Source: Curvularia clavata
Taxonomy: Eukaryota
Assembly (NCBI GenBank): GCA_023920165.1
Contig: CP089279.1
Location: 2,604,001 to 2,668,000 of the forward strand
Length of the DNA stretch: 64,000 bases
Direction: 5' to 3'
The notes below the pieces were generated by a model. The model saw only the letters and a program-made list of their open reading frames with translations. It was not told where the DNA came from and ran no database searches. A program made the translations under genes and the position numbers. Every line of letters starts with the position of its first letter. Position 1 is the stretch's first letter. Of this stretch, positions 35,829 through 49,020 are shown piece after piece.

Positions 35829-37304
35829 CTAGAGAAGTTGCTTCATAATGTCTATCTGCTCCATGACAGCACTCTTGCTTGTACCGCCAGTAGCATTCTT
35901 TAGCTCGACTGCGCGCTCGTAGTCTAAGCACTCTACGACATCATCACCAAGTCTGGAGTCGATGCCCTTGAGCTGCTCCAGACTCAGCTTATCCATGGGC
36001 ACATTCTCCTTCTCTGCGAGAGCTACCACACGGCCGGAGATGTGGTGGCCCTCACGGAATGGCACGCCCTTCCGGACGAGGTAGTCTGCGAACTCTGTAG
36101 CCAGCATTTCAGGAGCCAGCGCAGCGTGCATCTTATCGGCGTTGATGGTAAGAGTTGACAGAACGCCAGTGGCAATCTGAATGGAGTCGCTGACGGTCTT
36201 GATGTGGTCGATAAGAGGCTCGACAGATTCTTGAAGATCCTTGTTGTAGGTTGTTGGAAGACCCTTGATCGTGACGTACAGACCTGCCATGTGTCCGAAT
36301 GCACGACCACTCTTGCCACGGATCAACTCGAGCGAATCTGCGTTCTTCTTCTGGGGCATGAGGGAGCTTCCGGTCGAGTACGCATCAGCCAGGCGTACGA
36401 AGCCAAACTCCAGACTTGAGTAAATGATCAGATCCTCTGCCCAACGAGACATCTTGAGCATGAGGCTGGATCCCCACTGTAATGTCTCGAAGACGAAGTC
36501 ACGATCTCCGACCGCATTCAATGAGTTTGGAAGGAGACCCTCAAATCCGAGCTCCTTAGCCATAGCATGACGGTCGATGTTGAACGGGTTGCCCGCAAGC
36601 GCACCACAGCCGAGTGGGGACCTGTTGACACGCTTGATAACTTCACGGAGGCGCTCAAGCTCAGATGCGAAAGCGGTCGCGTGTGAAAGGATCCAGTGTG
36701 ACCATCGCACTGGCTGAGCTTTCTGAAGATGAGTGTAACCGGGCATGAGGACGTCGATCTCGGCCTCTGCTCGCTGAACTGACGTCTTGATCAAGAGCTT
36801 CAGGTTACTCTCCAGTGTCCTGAGCTGCTCCCGCAGCCATAATCGCATGTCGGTTGCGACTTGCTCGTTCCTGCTGCGCCCTGTGTGTAGCTTTCCGCCA
36901 ATTTCTTTGCCAATAATCTCGCTCAACCTCCTTTCGTTGGCAGTGTGAATGTCCTCATCGTTTGCCTTGACTTCAAATGTGTTGGAGGCCCACTCTTGCT
37001 TGATCTGTGCCATTCCCTTTTCAATGGCAGCAAATTCATCCTCGGTAAGGATGCCATTGTTCTTGTTGGCGCGTGCAAAAGCAATTGAGCCAGCGATATC
37101 CTCGGCGTAGAACAGGCGGTCGTAAGGCAGCGAGGCGTTGTACTGCTCCATGACGGGGTCAAGGCCCTCTACACACGTCTTAGTACCATCCTCTCACGCC
37201 AAACGAGTCGCGCTCTTTGTAGGCCAATTGAGGCACTGGAGGCACTTACCTGTGAAACGACCACCCCAGAGCATGTTTTCTGCTACTTTCTTTTCTGAAG
37301 CCAT
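35829..37304 (-). CDS. ARG4: Argininosuccinate lyase
   Basis: LWGGRF, HTGRSRNEQ, MPGYTHLQ and STGSSLMPQKKN signature; intron about 37169-37250. Confidence 0.97.
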
Positions 37305-37715
37305 TTTGTGTATGAGTGAATTGAATGTGTGTTGAACTGTGTTGTGACTGTTTTGCGCGTTCAAATAGAAAAAAGATATGACGCTCCTGCATCGGCGGCA
37401 GGGGTGTGCGATAAGCGCTAGTGGCTGCGGGGAACTCTGCCCCACGCCCGCAGTGTGACTGTACAGTTAGCGCAGGAATTATGAGTTACGATCGGGACAG
37501 TATCTTGCTTATAATCTACTATTCAATTGGAGACATCTAAAAAGAATACAGGGATAATAGAGTATTAATCATCATGTCAAGACTAACTGGTTCTCTTTTT
37601 CTGGTCTCGGTGGTAGAAGTCATCATATTGCCCTTAAGATCTACACAATCTAGCACCAGCTTTTGCAAAACAAACGTTTCCAATTTGATCCCCATGGCCC
37701 CATATTTTTTTCCCT

Positions 37716-38066
37716 CTAATAAATTTGCTGCCGCTTCTGAGTCTTACCACCGAACCCAAGGCATTTCAATCCGGCTCCCAGCTTTGCAAAGAAGCCCGCA
37801 ATCTGTTTGCGCGTGTCAGTACCACATTCCTCATCTTCGATCATTTTGTCGACCGGTTCAAAATCTTCGCTGTTCTGAGAGAACCTAGCAGGGCGAAGAG
37901 GGCTGTTGGTACGCTCTGCTGGCAAAGATGCAGCATCATTATCTTTGAAATCTACAGTCTCCGCACCTGCTTCCAAAAATTTGACATCAGTAGACAGCTC
38001 ACGCTCGGGCTTTGGATGTACCAATGGTGCCTGACAGGATCGGACGAATAGCGGTTCTTCTGCCAT
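37716..38066 (-). CDS. Hypothetical 116-aa protein
   Basis: ATG-initiated ORF with protein-like composition; no family recognised. Confidence 0.35.
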   Translation of the reverse strand: MAEEPLFVRSCQAPLVHPKPERELSTDVKFLEAGAETVDFKDNDAASLPAERTNSPLRPARFSQNSEDFEPVDKMIEDEECGTDTRKQIAGFFAKLGAGLKCLGFGGKTQKRQQIY

Positions 38067-38415
38067 TTTGATCAGTGGTAAATCTCCAAAGTTTGGTTTA
38101 TTCTCTTCTTGACTAGAAACTTTTCAGTGCGTTTAAGTATTAGATTCCAACTACTGTAGTGTGAGTTCACAACCAGGCTGATTTCACAATATCCCCAACA
38201 ACGCGATAAGGTCTATACAAGTGAAACTATTGTGTGCAGTAGACAGAGACTCACACCACGAGAACAGTGAATGGACGATTTGTAATGTCATTATTCATTG
38301 TATTTGAGCCTGAACGCCGATAGATGCAACAACTTGGTATCTGATGCCGTCGCCAATGCTAACCCCATGCTATGCAATGCCCATACTGCTGTGTTATGTT
38401 CATCTCCTCAATTCT

Positions 38416-38889
38416 TTAAGCCAGCGCACCAATAACACTCAGCGCCATCAAGATGGAAAGAGCCCAGCTCCCACTTCCACTGATTCTCAATGCGGCGTTC
38501 GTACACGGCGCATCGTTGCCAGCTCCGTTGGCTTTCCTCGGTCCAACGGCCTTGTCAGTGTTGAAGCATCCGAACATGCCTATTCCAGTGGTACCCTCTT
38601 TGTCGAATGCTTGCATCTTCTCGGCAAGACAGCTTCTGACAATGTCCGGTGTAGTGGTTATGCAATATTGGAAGCAGTCATCACCATCCTCAGAGTTGAC
38701 AATTACAGGCGCCGACGAAGACGAATCTGTGGAGAGTGTAGTTTCTGGGGCCGAGTATGTCGCTATGGCGTTGATGTGACCGTTGCAGCAAGCATCTAGG
38801 ATTGAGCTATTTGACCCGCCAATTGGCACGGCACAAGCAGGGTGGGTGGTTGGTGGTGGTGGGATTGCAGTCACAGGCTGGCAGGACAT
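38416..38889 (-). CDS. Small Cys-rich protein with hydrophobic C-terminus
   Basis: CAVP...ACC...CFQYC...SCL...GCF pattern; C-terminal WALSILMALSVIGALA. Confidence 0.65.
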   Translation of the reverse strand: MSCQPVTAIPPPPTTHPACAVPIGGSNSSILDACCNGHINAIATYSAPETTLSTDSSSSAPVIVNSEDGDDCFQYCITTTPDIVRSCLAEKMQAFDKEGTTGIGMFGCFNTDKAVGPRKANGAGNDAPCTNAALRISGSGSWALSILMALSVIGALA

Positions 38890-39931
38890 TTCGGCAATCT
38901 GGTATCTTCGTAGAAGGGTCGTGGTTTTGTAGTAAAGAACGGACTATCGAAGTTGTGATAGTTGGTTGCAGTGTCGTACCAGGATTTGGTATTTCGGGAG
39001 TACGGTTGAACACGGCTAGCGTGTAATCAAACAAACTTTTAGAAAGAGAATGTAGAGATTGGTTGAATGAGATGAGAACTCGACGCCGAGGCAATGCTAA
39101 TATGTGATGGGAAAAGAGAATGCGAGTCTTTGAAGAAAATGATTTGTTGAGTTGTTCGCAGAACACTCAGAAGGATAAGGAAAGAACCCAAAGAAGATGA
39201 CTGAAGGAAAGAAAAATCTCGAGGCTGTTGGATACCTCCATCATCGGGCGCAGAGCCTCATTCATATGCATCGAACGGCTTCTAAGAATATCCGAGTGGA
39301 GAGACGGGTGGATGGGCGGGTAGCTGGGCCAGCTGGAGACCCAGCGTTACGCGCCGACCGCTCGGCTGTGGGACATCGTTGGTTGGCCAGCGGTGGTCGA
39401 TGGAATTACGCGCTAGACCCACTTACGCCCAAAACAACCTGCTCTGTTACGTTTGAAACATTATCGTGCTGCTTCTGTCGGTCTCCCAGCTCTGTTTGAC
39501 CCAATGAACTGTGCAAATGGCGCAGCAGAGGCATATCACGTGTAAGGCAAGCCACCACAGCCAAGTCCATGCGTTTGCTCCAAGAGATGGCGGGCGGCTT
39601 TCGAGTCCAACAAATGTCCTGCAAGGCTGTCAAACGGAAGGAGTGTTTTGTATCCCAACCGGGTCCGGCACATCGAGCAATGAGCAGTTCTTGGCGTGGG
39701 CCTGAATGAACGGCGCCACGCTTCATTGACCGTCTGTGGACATCTCTACTAAAATATGGATGCCATACGATTCATTCATCGGGATGTGTCATGAGTGCCC
39801 GATCGAGCCGTTGCTCTTGCAACATCCACCACCCACCAGTTCTGTGACTTTTGTGTGCTGGAGGATGAAGCATGAAAATGGAGTTAGAGAGGGACTGGAG
39901 ACTTGAGATGGCATGTCGAATCTCACTCGTC

Positions 39932-41445
39932 TTAGTTTTCATCCTCATGTGCGGCGGCCCAAGGACTTCTCTTCCGCAATGATACTCCTCGCACCTCAAG
40001 TATAAAAGGTATAGGCGCTAAGAGAATGGCGATAGCCATCAATACCAAGGTTGTGTTTCTAGTGCCAATGCTGAGAAAAAGATGCCTGCCAACGAGTGGA
40101 AAGCCGGCGCCAGCCAGATTTCGGATGAGTCCAATGCCAGCAAGTGCTGATGCCGAATACGTTTTGTAAGCGTCTTCTGTGTATGTGAGGGTCATGAGTA
40201 CTGTGCAAATTTGTTAGAACGAAGCCCTCAGTACTATCAAGAAAACATACTCAGGGTGTAGAAAGACCATCCCCAAAAGGCGCTGGCAAGCACTGCAAAG
40301 AACGGATGTATCTCCGGCGTAGCTGTGAGTGCAAAAGCCAAAAGCGAGACCGGCAGTATTAGAGCAGCTGACTTCGCATAATGTACCCGTGCTTCTGGAA
40401 CGTCGTGACCACCGGCTTGGGCGACACGTTTCTGATAGTATCTTTCTTGGAAAGTATTCGTGATGAGACCAAGTGTGATACCGACGACTATCCCGAGAAA
40501 CGAGATGCCAACACCAATAGTATCGAAACCGTAGCCATTTGGTCCAAAGATCATGTGAAAAGCACCATTGAACAAAAAGGACAGGCCATATAGGAAGCCA
40601 TTGTAAAGAGCGCTGAACTGGACAATAGCTTCCGTGGTGAGGAACCTGAAAGGTCTAGCAAGTGCAGTGCCGAATAATTGCTTCGGTCCTCGTTGCTTCA
40701 GCTCATCCGGTATCTCCAGGCTGTCGTCTCCCGTTGCGTTGCGCAGAGCTTTTGCTTTCTTCAACAATATCACACTATGTCGTGTCTCTCCCAAGGTGCA
40801 AAGAGCTGTAACCATGATGATCCAGAACGCGAAACAGATCACTAGCATGAAGCGGAATACGCTGTGCCATGATTTGCCCTGTGCAATGAAGGAAAAGAGC
40901 ACAAACCCTGTCGGACTACCTCCTGTCGCAGCCCAGAGAAACCAAGACATTGCCGGCCCAGTGTCATTATGATGGAAAAGGTCTGCTATGGTTCCTCCGA
41001 AGTTCGATATCGTAGTCGAAGAGAAATACCCAGAGAAGAATCTGAGGACAATGAACAATCCCAAGGTCTCAACGTATGTCGTTCCCAGAAGAAGAAGCAG
41101 GAATATCCCATACGAAACAATGTAAACAGGTCTGCGTCCAAAATACTCTGACAGGGGTGCTAGAGTCATGGGTCCAAACGCCAGCCCAAGCACATACATG
41201 CTCAGTCCCAGCAAGGCGACACTTGGTGATACACCCATGTCTTTCGCAAAGTCACTTGCGACAGGACTGAACCCACTAGCTCCCCAGGAAACGCTGAGAT
41301 CTATAGGTACTATTGCAGCGATCATAAGCCATTTTCGTGCTGCTGGCCAGTTGCGCGGGTCTTCCGGATCGTTTGGCTCAAATGTTATAATTTTGGATGG
41401 TGCTCTGGCGAGTAACGGCGCATTTTCAGTTTGTGAGAAGCTCAT
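39932..41445 (-). CDS. MFS transporter (DHA1 drug:H+ antiporter-like)
   Basis: DPEDPRNW, APLSEYFGRRPVY, GGTIADLF and PEAR motifs; multiple TM segments; intron about 40201-40250. Confidence 0.92.
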
Positions 41446-42467
41446 GTTTGCAGGGATGAGGCTGGGAGAGGGTCTTCTTTGCGCCTTGCCGTTGATGCGC
41501 TTGGAATCTACTGTACGTGGGAGATGGAGGACTAGTGCAGCTCGTGGAGGATGACGTAGACGTGACTTCATTGGACAATCTCAGCATGTGCCTTAGGCCT
41601 CTTACATGTCCACAATTCAATGCTCGTGTGTCGTTTTCGAACAACTTCAACGTGGAGTAAATGTTTACCTAGGGAAACGTATTTATATTTTTGTATGCCG
41701 TCCACCGGCAACTCAGCTTGCCAATTTCCAATGTTGTCGCGCCACTTCGTACGACGCGACCACTTCACTTCCCAGGTCAACAGAGTATAGTGGTCGTATT
41801 CCACAGAAATAGGGTCATTGTAAATCCTTTCACAGCACCCGGATACTTGTTGATCAGACCGCAGATGAACCTCGCGTTCTATGGTATCAGGCACCCGTGT
41901 CACGCATTCATTTCCTTAGCGCGTCTCTCCATTCAGCTGCTCGATCCTGATTGCTGCATGTATTATACGACACGGTCCAGCCACCTCAGCACTAGGGAAC
42001 TGTGCATGATCCGGCGTGGACGCTGTTCTGGTGCGTGATTTTCTCAGACTCTCTGAACAATGTACAAAGAGACATAAAAATATAGGTGTTTAATCTTAGC
42101 ATGCACTGGAATGCGCTTATGCCCCTGCCAAGGCTCAAGCTCCGGCTCTAGCAAAGCCATCTAGAATATTTCAAGATGACACAAGGAGATATTGTATACG
42201 ATCAGTTGCCTGAGATGCTAGGAACAGAGCCCCTACTTGTTCTATACAACAAGAGCAAGCGAACTTAATGGTGGCCCGCTTCGGTATACATCCCTCCGAA
42301 GGCCCGACTAGCGTATTTACCCCATATCTCCGATTATTTCTCTACCCCGGATTTGACTAGTCTATCCGGTGGTCATTTAATTAATTTTCCCGGATGTTTG
42401 GATTATAAACATGTAGATGAAGGTACCCTTGAAGCTAAGCCGTGCCTCATAGCATTAAACTCTCATC

Positions 42468-44576
42468 ATGCGCATCATCTCAGCTACCGTGACGCTTACA
42501 CTGTGTATTGAGACATGGGCCTTTTTGAATGCCAGCCAGAACAATCGGAGTCTCACCATTGCTAATGACCGATTGGTTGCATCGGTGAGCAAAACGAAAG
42601 GATATGTCAATGTTCTAACACTCGACGGCCAAAATCTCCTTGGGACGGAAGGTGATAATACTGGTGTTGGACCATATCTTGACTGCTACTGGTGAGTGAG
42701 ATAATGCTCAAGACGCATACAACCATGAGCTGATTTCCTTTTCCTCACGCATAGCACTCCGAGCGGCTTCTGGACTCCGGGTCGCGGCAAGAATGTTCAA
42801 TACCAACTGTTCAACGGCACCGACTCAACAGGCACCCCCTATGGCGGTATCAGCATGGGAGAGACCTACGCGCCTACAGGCCAACGACTTGAACAATACT
42901 GGTTTCTGAGAGAAGGAGAGACTGGACTTCATACCTTCAGCCGAGTCGTGTACAATAACAAGACGACGCCTTTTTTGCGGAACCTACAGGAGTTCCGTAC
43001 CCTGTTTAGGCCTAACCATGACCCTCCACTCTTCACACACTTCATCACGAACGACAAGTTTTCTGCGCCTCGCCCAGACCTCGACGGACAGATCACGGTT
43101 CAAGACGCGACTTGGCAGCTTGCTAATGATGAAGATCCCTACGTGAAAGGTGTGGGAGATTACTTTACCAAGTACACCTTCCAGGATACCTGGCGTGATC
43201 ATCTCGCGCATGGTATGTATGCGGATGGGACGGGTAGCTCAAACGGCTCTACATATGGCGCTTGGCTTGTCCACAACAACGTTGAGACCTATTTCAATGG
43301 TCCAGTGCATTCGGACCTCGTCGTTGACGGTATCGTCTACAACTACATGGTCTCCAACCACCACGGCGACCAGACACCAAATATCACTGACGGCTTCGAC
43401 CGCACCTTTGGCCCGCAATACTTTCACTTCAACGCTGGTGGTTCTCTCGAGGAACTACGCAAAGACGCAGAGCAATATGGCCAGCGCCCAGAATGGAACG
43501 CCGAATTCTACGACTCAATCTCCAAGCACGTTCCCAACCTCGTTCCCACCTCAGGCCGCGGAACTTTCAAAGCGAAAGTCGCCCTGCCCAAAGGCGCCAA
43601 GAACCCTATTGCTATCCTGACTGAAAACGGCCGCAACTTCCAAGACAACGTCTTCGATACAAAAGCATACCAGTACTGGGAAAATGTCTCTCCCAACGGC
43701 GACGTCACCATTCCGCGGGTAAAAGCAGGAAAATACCGCCTTACAATCTACGCCGACGGTATCTTTGGCGACTACACCCAAGACGATGTTTCAGTAACAG
43801 CCTCCAAAACGACATCCCTCGCCGTCAAATGGGTCCCCGAGTCCGCAGGCAAAGAGCTCTTCCGCATCGGCGTGCCCGACAAATCCTCTGGCGAATTCCG
43901 CCACGGCTACACCCCTTCGCCCACACACCCCTTACTCACAGAAGAATACCGTCTCTACTGGGCTGCATACGACTTCATCACCGAGTTTCCCCAGGGCGTC
44001 TCGTTCAAAGTTGGTCGTGACGATATCGCTTCAGCCCTCAACTACGTGCACTGGGCGGTTTTCGGCGGAAAGGCGAATTCCAAGCGGCCAGTTCCTGTCC
44101 CCGATCACCAGTACAATTGGACAATATTGTTTGATGCCAAACGCGAGGAGTTGCAGGGGAAGAAGAAAGCGACTTTTACAGTGCAGCTGGCGGGTGCAAA
44201 AACGGCTGCGGGAAACACCGATGTGTATAATGCGAGTGAGCCGTATTCGAATCTGCCATATACGGTTAATGTGAATGGGAAAGATCTGGAGCCGTGGGTG
44301 ATTCCGTAAGTGCTATTGTTGTCATCATGTTCCTCTGCTGCTACTGTTTCTAACACCTGCACAATTAGATACTACCAATCGTCCTCCTGTGCCGTCCGTT
44401 CAGCAGTCATATGCTATTCTCTGGCGCACAAATTCGAGTTCTCGGCTGAGATGCTGAAGCAAGGTGAGAACAAGTTTGTGCTCAGTCTGCCGTACAACGG
44501 CACAAACTACGAAAGTGCGCTCTTACCCGAGTCGGTATATGTGCAGTATGATGCATTGAGATTGGAGGTGGCGTAG
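42468..44576 (+). CDS. Secreted rhamnogalacturonan lyase (PL4)
   Basis: Signal peptide; GPYLDCY, LQEFRTLFRP, YFTKY, SNHHG and YDALRLE motifs; introns about 42692-42755 and 44306-44368. Confidence 0.9.
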
Positions 44577-44713
44577 TTAGAAGGGTAGCTGTAATACAGA
44601 AACACGTCTCTACAAGCTACAGATGAAAACAGTTCAAAGGATCTAAATGGTATTCAAGATATAACTCCGTGATATGCAACCGCTAAAAATATACCATCAA
44701 ACCCTCTTCCAGA

Positions 44714-45973
44714 CTATGCCACCTCTTCAACCATCTTGCCACTGAAAGGCTTCTGTGCCCCCTTTTGCATATCACCAGAAAAGAGGCTGCCAACGGGGGC
44801 CTGTAGCCATTCTTCTGGCACAGCAAGTTGAGTGCCATTTGCATTTTGGATATAGCGTACAAAAAGTGGGTTCGCATGCTCGGGTTCTGGCTCCTCTGTA
44901 GCGTCTTCTGTGGCCTCTTGCACAGCCTTGCGACCACGTTTAGGGGGCTGTTTCTTTAGGAGGCGATTGATGGTGTCAAGCTAGAGACATAATCAGTGAA
45001 TGCACGTAGAAAACAGTGGATAAATGCTGATTGGACAAACCTTTTCTTCCTCGTTCCTCTTCTCGCTCAAATTCTTTCTTCGCCTGGCCATCTCTGCTCT
45101 ACGCATAGCGTGCTCTTCAGCTGTGAGATGCTTCTTCTTCTGCGCTTCGTTGGAGAGCGCCAGAAGGCCTCCGTCGGTATCATCATTGACCAGGGCGCGT
45201 TGTCGTTTTGTCATCTTGGTCACATCAGGTGTCTGGTCGCGACTGAGTTCCTCATCGCTGTCCATGTCCTCGTCCATGTCTCCGCTAGGTGTTACGCCCA
45301 TGTCATCATCCTCTTCACCTTCAGCGTCCTCGTCTTCGCCCTCGGCATCCTCATCTTCTAGATCAGAGTCCGGGTCGCTGAGCTCCTCGTCATCGTCATC
45401 ATCCATGGCCATTTCCTTGGCTTCGACCTTGTCCTGAGCCTTGGCACTGCTGGTTCCTGGAGTTGGCTTGACGGGAATGCTTCGATTGCTGTTCACGACA
45501 ATACGCGGAGCTGGCGTGTCTTCCATGTCGTCATCCTCGTCTCCCTCGGCATCCATATCTTCGTCATCGTCATCGTCGCCTTGGGCATCTTCATTGTCCT
45601 CCGAGTCGTCGTCCACGTCCATGGCATCCGCCTCTTCAATGTCTTCGTCGTCATCGTCGTCGTCTTCATCGCTGTCGACCTCCTTGACCACGCGAGTGTT
45701 TCGTGACGCGCGCTTCCCCGCGACTATGTTCTGCCGGCTGACGCCCGCCTTGGGCGCGGCTCCACCCGTTGCTTGTCTCAGTTTGTTGGGGGATGACTTG
45801 ACTGTGAGGTGTATCGACTGGCGCGTCTCTTCGGGCGAGGAGCGCTGTATGGTAGCAGCAGCAGCGGGCGACTGATTTGTGATGCTGCGTCGTGGCCGGG
45901 TCGAAGAGGCAGTCGGAGTAGCACTGTGAGCTGTCAGAGGAGCCGCAGCTGCGCGAGACCGTAGTCGAGGCAT
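44714..45973 (-). CDS. IES2: INO80 complex subunit Ies2-like (PAPA-1 domain)
   Basis: Acidic low-complexity region, then KMTKRQR...LSNEAQKKKHLTAEEHAMRRAEMARRRKNLSEKRNEEEK^LDTINRLLKKQPPK; intron about 44981-45040. Confidence 0.85.
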
Positions 45974-46669
45974 GAGGAAGGCGAGGATGGAGCAAGGCGG
46001 GCAATCAGAGAAGTGGAGTAGAGTTCAGTAGGCAAATGAGAAGGATTGCGACGGCGTAAGATAGTACCCCCGTCCGTACCGGTGGCCCAGCGCAGGGGTG
46101 GGTGTATATGGACAGGCCGGTGGGACAAAGAGGGTGGAGAGAGGCAAAAAGAGAGGGCCCTGTGTGGCCGTGAGTGTTCTCTACGGCTGCTGTCCTCCCC
46201 GCGCTGCCCTTGGCAATGGGTGCAAGCTATGCGTCGCGCCGTCAGCCACATACCTGCTGTTTCCTCGACCGTCCCATCCATCTCCTTCGGATTCGTCATA
46301 CTCGGTGCTTATGCGTCGCGTCCGTTTAGCCGCGCGTTCTGCCATTGCTACAGTCGAACAAACGGTGGGATAATGTCTCGCAAGTGTCCCAATTGGTCGT
46401 TGCGACCCGTTAACGCGTGATGTGACTTTGCTCTGTCTCAACCTTGAGATGGAGATTCGCCGGGATCTTCCCCAGGACCGGATGGCGCTAGCCACCTTTG
46501 GCTAGCTCGCAGCATCGACCCGTTATCAGCCTTTGTGCTAGACTTGGTTCAGGTGATGCCACATCAATCACATCCACTTCAGCCTTTCGATTCACTCGTA
46601 GCATGCGGACTCATTTCCGAATCCCAATTAGATTAACTACGCAACATATCATTTATCAGCGCTAATCGA

Positions 46670-47599
46670 CTAAGCAAGGGCCGCCCGGACACTCTCCTCG
46701 AAATCCTCCTTCGGGATGCCGAGCTTATCATTCCAAAGGCCATGAGGCGACAAATCCCCCAGCTGCTCCTTTGAAAATGTTACACCCTGGAGCAGTGCTG
46801 GAATGCCTGAAAAGTCTCCCTTTGAGAGCGCCGCATGCCCTTTCTCGATATGATCCTTGACATCGACATTCTTAACAGTCCACTTTGTACCAGTCACCTT
46901 CTCCGCGACAGCCAATATCTCCTTTTGAGTCGTCTGGAATCCACTAATGTAGACATACTGGTTCTTTGTCTCCTCCGCATGCTCAAGAACTTTTACCGTT
47001 GCAACGCCAATCTGGTGGAGGTTGGCGGCGGAGAATGTGGCCTCGCCATTATCGTAAAGGGTAGCTGTCTTGGACGACTTGTCGAATCCGAGGAAGCCGA
47101 CCTTCAGGCCCCAGTCAAAGAAAGGACCCTGGATGATAGATGTCCAGCTAATCTCCTTCTCTTTGCTCTTGAGATAGTTGACAGTCGCAAACTTGGCCTC
47201 GAATATGGGCACAATCTCGCGAGCACGCTTACTCGGTGTGTCGCTGCCGTACTCTGAGGGAATGAAGCGCTTCACCCCTGCCGCAATGGCGGCGTCGATT
47301 AGCTTGTTTTGGTCGCCGAGCGCCATACCACCAACAAGAGAAACAACAGCATCTTGTCCTTGAAAAGCTGCCTTGAGGCTGTCTTGCGAATCATAGTCTG
47401 CTCGGATCACATTGACATTGGGAGGGAATTTGGATTGTGAGCTTTGGCGCGAGAGGACGCTGGTATTGAAGGAAGACTCCTTGAGGAAGGCGTCCAAAAC
47501 GGAGGGTCCCAGGTTACCACCCGCCTATGTTGTCAGCGATTATCAACTGAAAGTGTTTGAGAAACTTACCCCAATGATGATAACGTTCTTAATAGACAT
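46670..47599 (-). CDS. NmrA-like / isoflavone reductase family NAD(P)-binding protein
   Basis: MSIKNVIIIG^AGGNLG and GVKRFIPSEYG motifs; intron 47525-47569. Confidence 0.9.
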
Positions 47600-49020
47600 T
47601 GTCAAGGGTGAAGCAACAGAGAAAGAATTCGAGTATTGAGTCGGCTAGAAGTATGCGTGTGGAATAATAGTGTTGAGTAAAAGGAACTGGTTTGATGAGA
47701 GGTACTTCACGCAAGGTTCCTCAGCCTTATATATCTAGGTGGTCATAACATATTTTGACGAAGGCGTGATTGAGCATTGCAATGGTGCGTATACAGGGCC
47801 CCACTTCCGCAACCCTCCGCAAGCTTCTCTCAATCGCGCTTTACACCCGCACTCATTACTAAGAAGTCCAAAAACCCTTGTCGCGGTGACATTCCCATTG
47901 GCGCTTTCCAAAATAGTACCATTATCAAATGGAAACCAATGGGACGTTGTCGCAGCTAGAGTAAATGTCTGACAATCCCAACTACACTATCTCGAGCTTT
48001 CAGCGGACGAATCCACAGTCAGCCTCAGATCCCCATGGCCGATGGTTTCGCCGCCATGGCGCCGAAATATTGAATTGCCGCGCAACAGGCGTGATGGCTT
48101 GATAATGATATACTGCCAAGGTGGGGCTGCTTAACAAAGCATGCGGAATGAAATCCGGGGAAAACCTACCACGATTTGTATTCCTTCAAGCTATCTGCTT
48201 CCACAACACTCGTCGTATGCATTCAGAAAGGATTGGAATTCACGTAGCAACCGAACTGATTTATCCTGGCAGGATTTCACTGGATATTTGAACGTTCTTC
48301 CAACAAATCACATGCCTTAGCATCTATGAGAAATTATTGAGTTGCATGATCTTGACTAGTGATAGATTATATAAAACATCCAGCACAAATGCTCAATATT
48401 GGTTAGGTAGTGAAGAGACAGCTTTACAAGACCTGCTCGGGATATTTCAAGACATTGTTAAGATAAAAAGGCGCGTAGTAAGCTCGTTTTCATTCCGTCT
48501 TAGTATATCGCATTGCAAAGAGAAGCAAGTTTTTAACAACATAAACTAGGGAATACCTTCACAACTACAACCTGCCTGTCATACACGGACTTATTGTAGA
48601 ACTTATGACAATATCTTACACTATTTTGGATATAGATTTCAAGCAAAAAGGGGTTGGAGCTGTATTCTTTGCAATCAGCGACACTAAACTGGCTTTGCCG
48701 AAACACCAGTTTCTTTCTGTAGCTTGGTGTTGCGTGTTTTTGATAATTTCACAATGTGTCTGGATTCGAGGTAGCTATTTTCTGCTTTGTCAAACTTCAA
48801 CATTGAGTGATGGTACACAGAGTTAGCCAACTCCGGACATGATGTTCAATGCGACATTTCACAATGTTCACACGCCCACATAAAAGGGTAAACAAGTACC
48901 TCCCAGGTACTGAAAACAGTCACTACTAGAACAACAACTATATATCCAACTATCTCCAATCTACTCAAAGACCATCTATCTTAGAAACATCCAAGTGCGG
49001 TAAGTACTCCCACTCCCAAC

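Noticed and set aside
34590..47599. Secondary-metabolite cluster (AsaB-like, MFS, NmrA-like)
   Set aside because: No backbone synthase, and the genes are interleaved with housekeeping genes (ARG4, IES2).
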